A stretch of 32,000 bases of DNA from contig NZ_CP088239.1 of assembly GCF_021054785.1 (NCBI RefSeq), positions 390,001-422,000 of the forward strand, written 5' to 3'. Shown one piece after another: positions 9,385 to 18,459 of this stretch. The notes beneath the pieces are model-generated. The model was not told where the DNA came from. It did not search any database and saw only the letters and a list, made by a program, of their open reading frames with translations. The position numbers and the translations under genes are program-made. Source of the stretch: Tannockella kyphosi. GTDB taxonomy: Bacteria; Bacillota_I; Bacilli_A; Erysipelotrichales; Coprobacillaceae. Each line of letters opens with the position of its first letter. Position 1 is the first letter of the stretch.

Positions 9385-10472
9385 TGACGAAGGGTCTTTA
9401 TATTCATATCCCTTTTTGTGATAATATTTGTAGTTATTGTGACTTTTGTAAAGTGTATTATAATCAAGAACTTGTTGAAAAATATTTAGAAATGTTAAAA
9501 AAAGAGTTGCAAGAATTGGATCAAAGAAATTGTTATGAGTCCATTTATATTGGTGGTGGAACTCCAAGTAGTTTATCTTGTGAACAATTAAGAACTTTGA
9601 TGGAAATGATAAAGCCATTTGTTAATGATCATACTAAAGAGATTACAATGGAAGTAAATCCTGAATCCATGACGATGGAAAAATTAGTAATTATCCAGAA
9701 TGTAGTGAATCGTTTAAGTATTGGAGTTCAAACTTTTCATGATTCATTATTAAAAGGGATTGAAAGACTACATACCAAAGAACAAGTATTTGGATTAATT
9801 ACAAATGCACAAATAGTAGGAATTCAAAATATTTCTATTGATTTAATGTATGGTTTACCGAATCAAACATTTGATAACATAAAAGAAGACTTAGTCATTG
9901 TCGCTAACTTAGCGATACAACATATCTCTTATTACTCTTTGATTTTAGAAGATCATACTGTTTTAAAAAATAAAAATTATGTTCCTTTAGAAGAACTTCA
10001 AGATATTGAATATAATCTTTATATTGATCAAGAATTAGAAAATCTTGGTTTCTCTAAATATGAAATTAGTAATTATGCTAGAAAAGGATTTGAATCAAAA
10101 CATAATTCTCTTTATTGGAAGTATGAAGATTATGATGGAGTTGGTTGTGGAGCAGTAGGGAAAATAGACAATCAATGTATCACCCATACTAAAAATGTAT
10201 TTCAATATTGTAAAGAGAATGTTTTAAATATTGATGTCAATTCTAATGAAGATATGATGTTTGAACACATTATGATGTCACTTCGATTGGTTAGAGGATT
10301 GGATATCAAAGAATTTAATCAACGTTATGGTGTTGATTTTCTACAAATATATCAAAAAGCACTAGATAAACACCTTTCATTAGGAACGTTGACATTAAAA
10401 GAGGCTTTTATATGCTGTAATAAAGAATCTATCTTGTATTTAAATAGTATTTTAATTGATTTTATGGGATAA
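9384..10472 (+). CDS. hemW: Radical SAM heme chaperone HemW (HemN-like, oxygen-independent coproporphyrinogen oxidase family)
   Basis: Radical SAM motif CDNICSYCDF (CxxxCxxC). 362 aa. It sits upstream of hrcA as in Bacillus. The start overlaps the sdaA stop (TAATG). Confidence 0.85.
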   Translation: MTKGLYIHIPFCDNICSYCDFCKVYYNQELVEKYLEMLKKELQELDQRNCYESIYIGGGTPSSLSCEQLRTLMEMIKPFVNDHTKEITMEVNPESMTMEKLVIIQNVVNRLSIGVQTFHDSLLKGIERLHTKEQVFGLITNAQIVGIQNISIDLMYGLPNQTFDNIKEDLVIVANLAIQHISYYSLILEDHTVLKNKNYVPLEELQDIEYNLYIDQELENLGFSKYEISNYARKGFESKHNSLYWKYEDYDGVGCGAVGKIDNQCITHTKNVFQYCKENVLNIDVNSNEDMMFEHIMMSLRLVRGLDIKEFNQRYGVDFLQIYQKALDKHLSLGTLTLKEAFICCNKESILYLNSILIDFMG

Positions 10473-10492
10473 TTTAAAGAGGAGGAATGTTT

Positions 10493-11116
10493 ATGGATAC
10501 GAAAGCTTTTTTTAAGATGGGTTATGGTTTGTATTTAGTGACTGGAAATTGCAATGGATTTGATAGTGGTTGTATAGCTAATACGTTTGTACAGGTAACA
10601 TCTGACCCAGCACAGGTATGTATTACATTGAATAAAAATAATTTTACAACGGATTTAATTAAAGATAGTGGAGTGTTTAATTGTGGCGTCTTGTTAGATG
10701 AAATTGAAATGGCTACTATTGCTCATTTTGGTTTTCAATCAGGTCGTGATGTAAAGAAGTTTGAAGGTGTTGAATACACAATTGATCAAAACAATGTTAA
10801 ACAAATTACGAAAGGGTTAGCAGCAACCTTTAGTTGTCGATTAGTTAATGTTTTAGATGTTGGTACACATCTAATGTTTATTGCAAAAGTAGAAGATGCA
10901 AAGGTATTAAGTGATAACAAGGTATTAACTTATGAAAATTATCATAAAGAAAAAAAGGGAACGACACCTAAAAATGCTTCTAGCTATCAAGAAGTAAAAG
11001 AAGAAAAAGGATATCGTTGTACTGTTTGTAATTATGTTTTAAATGAAGATGAACTTCCAGAAGATTATGTTTGTCCAGTTTGTGGACAACCAGCATCTGT
11101 GTTTGAGAAGTTATAA
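10493..11116 (+). CDS. Flavin reductase-like domain fused to a C-terminal rubredoxin (high-molecular-weight rubredoxin, Hrb-like)
   Basis: The N-terminal ~160 aa look like an FMN-binding split-barrel flavin reductase. The C-terminus has CTVCNYV...YVCPVCGQP, i.e. the two rubredoxin CxxC pairs. The start is re-called to the ATG at 10493 (GGAGG 7 nt upstream); the ATG at 10487 abuts the SD. Confidence 0.8.
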   Translation: MDTKAFFKMGYGLYLVTGNCNGFDSGCIANTFVQVTSDPAQVCITLNKNNFTTDLIKDSGVFNCGVLLDEIEMATIAHFGFQSGRDVKKFEGVEYTIDQNNVKQITKGLAATFSCRLVNVLDVGTHLMFIAKVEDAKVLSDNKVLTYENYHKEKKGTTPKNASSYQEVKEEKGYRCTVCNYVLNEDELPEDYVCPVCGQPASVFEKL

Positions 11117-11144
11117 AATACGAACGTAAGGTTCGTATTTTTTC
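11116..11144 (+). terminator. Intrinsic terminator after the flavin reductase-rubredoxin gene
   Basis: AAATACGAAC-GTAAG-GTTCGTATTT hairpin followed by a T-run. Confidence 0.8.
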
Positions 11145-11161
11145 ATGGAAAAATAGGTTAT

Positions 11162-11188
11162 TTAGCACTAATGTATTGACAGTGCTAA
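11162..11188 (+). promoter_or_regulatory. CIRCE operator 1 (HrcA binding site), overlapping the -35 element
   Basis: TTAGCACTA-N9-CAGTGCTAA compared with the consensus TTAGCACTC-N9-GAGTGCTAA (8/9 plus 8/9). Confidence 0.85.
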
Positions 11189-11203
11189 TAAAATGGTTAT
11201 AAT
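11176..11203 (+). promoter_or_regulatory. Sigma-A promoter of the hrcA-grpE-dnaK-dnaJ operon
   Basis: TTGACA (11176-11181), a 16-nt spacer, and TATAAT (11198-11203). Confidence 0.75.
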
Positions 11204-11207
11204 AGAA

Positions 11208-11234
11208 TTAGCACAAGAGATAAAAGAGTGCTAA
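11208..11234 (+). promoter_or_regulatory. CIRCE operator 2, at or just after the predicted transcription start
   Basis: TTAGCACAA-N9-GAGTGCTAA (7/9 plus 9/9 to consensus). Confidence 0.85.
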
Positions 11235-11247
11235 AGGTGGTGAACTG

Positions 11248-12282
11248 ATGTTAACGGCAAGACAGTTATTGATATTTAAATGTATTGTAGATGAGTTTGT
11301 TGAAACTGCTGAACCAGTAGGCTCAAAGATGTTAATGGCAAAATATCAACTACCTTATTCTAGTGCAACGATTCGTAATGAGATGAGTTATTTAGAAGAG
11401 GCGGGATATTTGGAAAAAACACATACTTCATCTGGACGTATTCCTTCTTTGATGGGGTATCGTTTCTATGTAGATACACTTGAACAAAAAGATTTAGATC
11501 AAACCATTAAAAATCAGGTAGCAACTATATTTAATGATCGTACTCGTTCATTAAATGAAATTATTCAAGAAAGCTGTCAAATGTTAAGTGAATTAACACA
11601 TTTAACATCGGTTGTCTTAGGTCCTAATTCTTATGAAGATTCTTTACAAAGAATCACATTAGTACCGCTAGGTCATAACCGAGTAACTGCGATTATTATT
11701 ACCAACCAAGGACACGTAGAGAATAAGATATTTGATCTTCCGGAAGATATCTCTATGGATGATTTAATTGGTTGTGTCAATATGATGAATGATTTATTAG
11801 TTGGAACACCAATTAATCAAGTAGCGTTACGTTTAGAACGAGATGTTCGTCCTGTGTTAGCTCTAAAGATTCAAGAACATGAAGAAGTCTTTAATGCTTT
11901 TATGGAAGCGTTTGTGAAGTTTGCAGCAAATAATGTATATTTCTCAGGCAAAGAAAACATGTTGTATCAACCAGAGTATAGTGACGTGCAAACACTTCGT
12001 AGAATTGTAAGTGCATTTGAAAACTCAGGAGTATGGAGTAATTTAACTCCGATTGGGTTAGATGAAGGGGTTACTATTAAAATTGGAACAGATTCTTTGA
12101 TTGAAGAGATTGAAGATGTTTCAGTTATCTCGGCATCCTTTAAAACCGGACAGGAGACTCAAGGGTCTATTTCTGTAATCGGACCTACGAGAATGCCATA
12201 TGAAAAAGTAGTATCTTTAGTAGAGTATATTTCAAAGAGTATTGAAGAAGTATTCTTTGAGGAAGATGATGGATCGAGGTGA
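11248..12282 (+). CDS. hrcA: Heat-inducible transcription repressor HrcA
   Basis: MLTARQLLIFKCIVDEFVETAEPVGSK... is a typical HrcA winged-helix N-terminus. 344 aa. It is the first gene of the dnaK operon and is preceded by CIRCE elements. Confidence 0.95.
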   Translation: MLTARQLLIFKCIVDEFVETAEPVGSKMLMAKYQLPYSSATIRNEMSYLEEAGYLEKTHTSSGRIPSLMGYRFYVDTLEQKDLDQTIKNQVATIFNDRTRSLNEIIQESCQMLSELTHLTSVVLGPNSYEDSLQRITLVPLGHNRVTAIIITNQGHVENKIFDLPEDISMDDLIGCVNMMNDLLVGTPINQVALRLERDVRPVLALKIQEHEEVFNAFMEAFVKFAANNVYFSGKENMLYQPEYSDVQTLRRIVSAFENSGVWSNLTPIGLDEGVTIKIGTDSLIEEIEDVSVISASFKTGQETQGSISVIGPTRMPYEKVVSLVEYISKSIEEVFFEEDDGSR

Positions 12283-12287
12283 AGTTA

Positions 12288-14650
<2,363 letters not shown>

Positions 14651-14654
14651 TCAT

Positions 14655-14680
14655 AAAGCCAAGGCAATGCCTTGGTTTTA
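14655..14680 (+). terminator. Stem-loop between dnaK and dnaJ (possible partial terminator or mRNA processing and stability element)
   Basis: CCAAGGC-AAT-GCCTTGG is a perfect 7-bp stem, extendable with A-U and G-U pairs, followed by TTTT. Confidence 0.4.
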
Positions 14681-14704
14681 CGTGGTAATATAAAGGGTGG
14701 AAAT

Positions 14705-15814
14705 ATGGCAAATAAAAGAGATTATTATGATGTACTAGGGGTTTCTAAAAGTGCATCAGGAGATGAAATAAAGCGTGCGTATCGTAAAAAAGCAAAGGAG
14801 TTTCATCCTGATGTAAATAAAGCGGCAGATGCAGAAGCTAATTTTAAAGAATGTGCAGAGGCTTATGAGATTTTATCGGATGCAAACAAAAAAGCAACAT
14901 ATGATAGATATGGACACGCTGCCTTTGAACAAGGTGCTGGTAATGGTGCTGGTGGTGGTTATGGTGGTTTTGACGATGTTGACTTAGGAGATATTTTTGG
15001 TTCATTCTTTGGTGGTGGACAACGTCGACAACGTACTGGTCCTCAACGTGGACAAGATCGTTTAATGGAATTAACAATTACTTTTATGGAAGCAATTAAT
15101 GGTGTTAAAAAAGATGTTAAAATCAATTATGATGCAGCTTGTTCTACTTGTAATGGAACGGGTGCTAAAAGTGCGAGTGATGTAAGTACTTGTTCTAGAT
15201 GTCGTGGAACAGGTCATGTTCAACAACAAGTGAATTCACCATTTGGGGCAGTAGTACAAACAGTTACTTGTCCTGATTGTGGAGGTACTGGTAAAGTTAT
15301 TAAAAACAAATGTAATGATTGTCATGGTCGTGGTTATGTAAATAAAACAGTGACTGTTCAATTAGATATTCCAGCAGGAATTGGTAGTGGGCAACAGTTA
15401 CGTGTAGCTGGAAAAGGTGCTAGAGGAGCAAATGGTGGATCGAATGGTGACTTATTTGTCGAAGTTCGTGTACAAACTCATCAACACTTTACCCGTGATG
15501 GGCGTACTATTTATGTAACAGTACCTATTTCTAGTGTGAATGCAACACTTGGTTGTGAAATAGAAGTACCAACAGTATATGGTGATGTGAATTTGAAAAT
15601 CCCTGCCGGAACGCAATCTGGAAGTAGTTTACGTTTAAAAGGAAAAGGTGTAAAAGATTTAAGAAGTGATTCTTATGGTGATCAAATTGTGAAAGTAAAT
15701 GTAGAAATACCTACGAAGCTTTCTCATAAAGAAAAAGAACTTTATGATCAATTAGCTAAATTAGACAAAAAAGATTCTATTTTTGATTCTTTTAAAAAAT
15801 CATTTAAACGATAA
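14705..15814 (+). CDS. dnaJ: Co-chaperone DnaJ (Hsp40)
   Basis: J domain with HPD (KEFHPDVNK), a G/F-rich linker, and four CxxCxGxG zinc motifs (CSTCNGTG, CSRCRGTG, CPDCGGTG, CNDCHGRG). The start is re-called to the ATG at 14705 (MANKRDYYDVLGV). Confidence 0.97.
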   Translation: MANKRDYYDVLGVSKSASGDEIKRAYRKKAKEFHPDVNKAADAEANFKECAEAYEILSDANKKATYDRYGHAAFEQGAGNGAGGGYGGFDDVDLGDIFGSFFGGGQRRQRTGPQRGQDRLMELTITFMEAINGVKKDVKINYDAACSTCNGTGAKSASDVSTCSRCRGTGHVQQQVNSPFGAVVQTVTCPDCGGTGKVIKNKCNDCHGRGYVNKTVTVQLDIPAGIGSGQQLRVAGKGARGANGGSNGDLFVEVRVQTHQHFTRDGRTIYVTVPISSVNATLGCEIEVPTVYGDVNLKIPAGTQSGSSLRLKGKGVKDLRSDSYGDQIVKVNVEIPTKLSHKEKELYDQLAKLDKKDSIFDSFKKSFKR

Positions 15815-15847
15815 AAGAGTGCCGCTAGTGTGGCACTCTTTTTTTTG
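15813..15847 (+). terminator. Intrinsic terminator of the dnaK operon
   Basis: AAAAGAGTGCC-GCTAGTGT-GGCACTCTTTT followed by T8. Confidence 0.85.
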
Positions 15848-15850
15848 GGT

Positions 15851-15882
15851 AAAATAAAAAATGAGAATAAGTTCTCATTTTT
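15851..15882 (-). terminator. Intrinsic terminator of rpmB (minus strand)
   Basis: On the minus strand, AAAAATGAGAA-CTTA-TTCTCATTTTT is followed by a T-rich run, 19 nt past the rpmB stop. Confidence 0.7.
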
Positions 15883-15900
15883 ATGTATGCTGCTATTTGA

Positions 15901-16086
15901 TTATCCAGCTTTTCTTAAGCTTCTTAGTTCTCTTGTAGAAATTCTTACTTTAGTAGGTTTACCATCTACTAAAATAGTAGCTTTTTGTAAATTGACATTC
16001 CATTTTCTTCTGCTAGAGTTTAAAGCATGAGAACGAGTGTTACCAGACATAGGTCCTTTTCCACTGATTTGACATTTTCTTGACAT
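15901..16086 (-). CDS. rpmB: 50S ribosomal protein L28
   Basis: [35 protein letters not shown]... is canonical L28. 61 aa. AGGAGGGAG lies upstream. This is the only minus-strand gene in the window. Confidence 0.95.
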   Translation of the reverse strand: MSRKCQISGKGPMSGNTRSHALNSSRRKWNVNLQKATILVDGKPTKVRISTRELRSLRKAG

Positions 16087-16131
16087 TGTAGTTCTCCCTC
16101 CTTTTTTAGTAGTGTTTTAACGTACTTTGCT

Positions 16132-16160
16132 ATGATACCATTGATTTTGTAAAAATGCAA
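16132..16160 (-). promoter_or_regulatory. Sigma-A promoter for rpmB (minus strand)
   Basis: Read on the minus strand: TTGCAT (16160-16155), a 17-nt spacer, and TGgTATCAT (extended -10; hexamer at 16137-16132). A T7A7 tract lies immediately upstream and could act as an UP element. Confidence 0.6.
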
Positions 16161-16237
16161 TTGTTTTTTTAAAAAAATTGTATATAATATCATTGTAATC
16201 AAAAGAAATAATATTTTTATTGAATCAAACAGGATAA

Positions 16238-16266
16238 TTGATAATTTTATTAATATACTGTATAAT
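16238..16266 (+). promoter_or_regulatory. Sigma-A promoter for the asp23-like and DAK2 gene pair
   Basis: TTGATA (16238-16243), a 17-nt spacer, and TATAAT (16261-16266). Confidence 0.6.
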
Positions 16267-16302
16267 GTTAAAAAATAGTTAATGGTAGATGGAGGTATAT
16301 CT

Positions 16303-16659
16303 ATGTTAGAAAAGAATACAAATATGGGAAGTATTACAATTTCTTTAGAAGTAGTTTCAACTGTTACAGGTGGTGCAGCTACTGAATGTTATGGTGTAGT
16401 AGGAATGGCTAGTCAAAAGAAATTAAAAGATGGCTTTCATGAATTATTAGGAAAAGAAAATTATTCAAAAGGAATTGAAGTAAAAGATGGTGATACGGGA
16501 TTAATATTAGATGTCTATATCATTGTTGGTTATGGTGTAAAAATTACTGAGATTATTCACGAAGTACAAAAAAAAGTAAAATATGTTGTTGAATCAACAT
16601 TGGATTTGCATGTTGAATCTGTTAATATTTTTGTACAAGGAATCAGAGGAATGGAGTAA
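16303..16659 (+). CDS. Asp23/Gls24 family envelope stress protein (YloU-like)
   Basis: GSITISLEVVSTVTGGAATECYGVVGM is the typical Asp23 family N-terminus. It is divergent from rpmB and followed by a DAK2 gene, as with yloU-yloV in Bacillus. The start is re-called to the ATG at 16303 (GGAGG 7 nt upstream). Confidence 0.85.
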   Translation: MLEKNTNMGSITISLEVVSTVTGGAATECYGVVGMASQKKLKDGFHELLGKENYSKGIEVKDGDTGLILDVYIIVGYGVKITEIIHEVQKKVKYVVESTLDLHVESVNIFVQGIRGME

Positions 16660-16668
16660 GAATATTTG

Positions 16669-18297
16669 ATGAAAACGATAAATGGAAAAATGTTTAAAGA
16701 AATGGTTATATGTGGAGCTAATAACTTACATAATAATCATTTAGAAATTGATGCTTTAAATGTATTCCCAGTACCAGATGGAGACACAGGAACAAATATG
16801 TCTTTAACTTTTACGGCGGGATCAAAAGAAGTATCTACAATGGATACGTTAGATATTTATGCAGTAGCCAAGAAATTATCGAAAGGGTTATTAATGGGAG
16901 CACGTGGGAATTCGGGTGTTATCCTTTCACAAATTTTTAGAGGTATTGCAACAGGGTTAGAAGGCTATAGCGAAGTAAATGCAGTACAACTAGCAAATGC
17001 TTTAAATAGTGGAACAAAAGTTGCATACAAGGCTGTTATGCGTCCTGTAGAGGGTACTATCTTAACGGTTATTCGTGAATCAAGTGCGGCAGTTGTAGAA
17101 TATGTGCAAGAAGATATGGATATTGAAGAAATGTTTGATTATTTTATTCAAGCAGCAAAAGTATCTTTAGAAAACACACCAGAATTATTACCTGTTTTAA
17201 AAGAAGTAGGTGTAGTTGATAGTGGTGGAGCAGGACTGTTATTAGTATTTGAAGGTTTTGCAAAAGCATTAGCTGGAGAAACAATTGAATATTTAAATGT
17301 TCAAGGAACTGGTGAAGTTGAAATGGCTGGAAGTGATATTGAAGGTGGAGAAGATGCCTTTGGTTACTGTACAGAATTCATTGTACGTTTAGAAGATTCT
17401 TTAGTTGATAAGTTCAATGAAGAACAATTAAAGAAAGAGTTATCTAGAATTCCTGGAGATAGTATTGTTGTAGTACAAGATGAAGAAATTGTAAAAGTAC
17501 ATGTTCATACTTTAAAACCAGGGGAAGCCTTAAACTTGGCACAAAGATTTGGTGAGTTTATTAAGTTGAAAATTGAAAATATGCAAGAACAACATAATAA
17601 CATTATCGAAGCAAGCGAACCAACAAAAAAAGAAGCAAAAGAAGTAGGAATTATTTCTGTATGTGCGGGTAAAGGACTAGAAGAAGCTTTCTTATCTTTA
17701 CATTGTGATTATGTAGTAAGTGGAGGACAAACAATGAATCCTTCTACAGAAGACATGGTTCAAGCAATTCGTGACTTAAATGCGAAACATGTAATTGTTT
17801 TACCAAACAATTCAAATATTGTGATGACAGCACAACAATCTGCTACTATTTTAGAAGATGAAATTGATGTTATTGTTATTCCAACAAAAACAATTCCTCA
17901 AGGGATGTCAGCATGTGTTATGTATAATCCAGATATTGCTTTAGAAGATAATGTTGCAGAAATGCAAGAAGCTATAAAAAATGTTCAAACAGGGGAAGTA
18001 ACATTCGCTATTAAAGATACAAATATAGATGGAGTAGAAATTAAAGCCAATGATTATATGGCTATTTGTAATAAAAGTATAGTTGCTTGTAAGCCTAATA
18101 AATTACATGCACTTCAAACAGTATTAGAAACACTAGTAGATGATGAAAGTGAATTAATCACTTTAATTGTAGGTGAAGATATTGTTAGTGCGGATGTGGA
18201 AGAAATGGAAAGCTATGTAGAAGACCATTTTGATGCTGAAATGGAAGTAGTTTATGGTCTACAACCAGTGTACTCATTTATTGTAGGTGTAGAATAA
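16669..18297 (+). CDS. DAK2 domain fusion protein (YloV-like; DhaL-like N-terminus plus DegV/FakA-like C-terminus)
   Basis: The DhaL-type motifs LNVFPVPDGDTGTNM and GARGNSGVILSQ are present. About 542 aa. The start could be the ATG at 16669 or the TTG at 16666. Confidence 0.9.
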   Translation: MKTINGKMFKEMVICGANNLHNNHLEIDALNVFPVPDGDTGTNMSLTFTAGSKEVSTMDTLDIYAVAKKLSKGLLMGARGNSGVILSQIFRGIATGLEGYSEVNAVQLANALNSGTKVAYKAVMRPVEGTILTVIRESSAAVVEYVQEDMDIEEMFDYFIQAAKVSLENTPELLPVLKEVGVVDSGGAGLLLVFEGFAKALAGETIEYLNVQGTGEVEMAGSDIEGGEDAFGYCTEFIVRLEDSLVDKFNEEQLKKELSRIPGDSIVVVQDEEIVKVHVHTLKPGEALNLAQRFGEFIKLKIENMQEQHNNIIEASEPTKKEAKEVGIISVCAGKGLEEAFLSLHCDYVVSGGQTMNPSTEDMVQAIRDLNAKHVIVLPNNSNIVMTAQQSATILEDEIDVIVIPTKTIPQGMSACVMYNPDIALEDNVAEMQEAIKNVQTGEVTFAIKDTNIDGVEIKANDYMAICNKSIVACKPNKLHALQTVLETLVDDESELITLIVGEDIVSADVEEMESYVEDHFDAEMEVVYGLQPVYSFIVGVE

Positions 18298-18325
18298 GAT
18301 ATTGTTTATCAATATCTTTTTTTAT
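18296..18325 (+). terminator. Intrinsic terminator after the DAK2 gene
   Basis: AAGATATTG-TTTAT-CAATATCTT followed by T7; it overlaps the stop codon. Confidence 0.75.
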
Positions 18326-18348
18326 TGTTAAAATAGTTATTTTAACAA
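18325..18348. repeat. Perfect 11-2-11 inverted repeat TTGTTAAAATA-GT-TATTTTAACAA
   Basis: Read directly from the sequence; the arms are exact reverse complements. It lies about 40 bp upstream of the asnB -35 element. Function unknown. Confidence 0.5.
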
Positions 18349-18385
18349 CAATTACAAGAGATTATGGTATTGTAACAACTTATTA

Positions 18386-18414
18386 TTGACATTGTATACA
18401 ATGTCCTTTAGAAT
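18386..18414 (+). promoter_or_regulatory. Sigma-A promoter for asnB
   Basis: TTGACA (18386-18391), a 17-nt spacer, and TAGAAT (18409-18414). Confidence 0.65.
18388..18405. promoter_or_regulatory. Candidate operator: perfect 18-bp palindrome GACATTGTATACAATGTC overlapping the asnB -35 element and spacer
   Basis: The sequence is an exact self-reverse-complement. Its position inside the promoter suggests repressor binding. The regulator is unidentified. Confidence 0.45.
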
Positions 18415-18459
18415 AACGTATAAGATAGTTTTAGGCTATTATATTAAGGGGGAAAAGTT

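Noticed and set aside
9152-9618. Minus-strand ORFs 9152..9367 and 9361..9618, antisense to sdaA and hemW
   Set aside because: They overlap motif-rich, well-supported plus-strand genes. Their translations are Leu/His/Phe-rich with no motifs and no RBS.
10980-11168. Other short embedded ORFs: 10980..11168 (-), 19373..19594 (+), 23175..23357 (+), 23628..23882 (-), 28579..28776 (-)
   Set aside because: Each lies in an alternative frame or strand of a supported CDS. In the case of 10980..11168, it runs through a terminator into the CIRCE region. None has an RBS or motifs, so I judge them AT-rich chance ORFs.
15830-16202. ORF-track entries 15830..16030 (+) and 16020..16202 (-) around rpmB
   Set aside because: The plus-strand ORF starts inside the dnaJ terminator and runs antisense through rpmB. 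The minus-strand ORF covers the rpmB promoter and 5' end in another frame. Neither has an RBS, and rpmB (canonical L28 sequence) explains the region.
18298-18459. T-box or other riboswitch upstream of asnB
   Set aside because: With the promoter at 18386-18414, the leader is only about 40-45 nt. That is far too short for a T-box (about 200 nt or more). No specifier, T-box sequence or terminator/antiterminator pair is visible.
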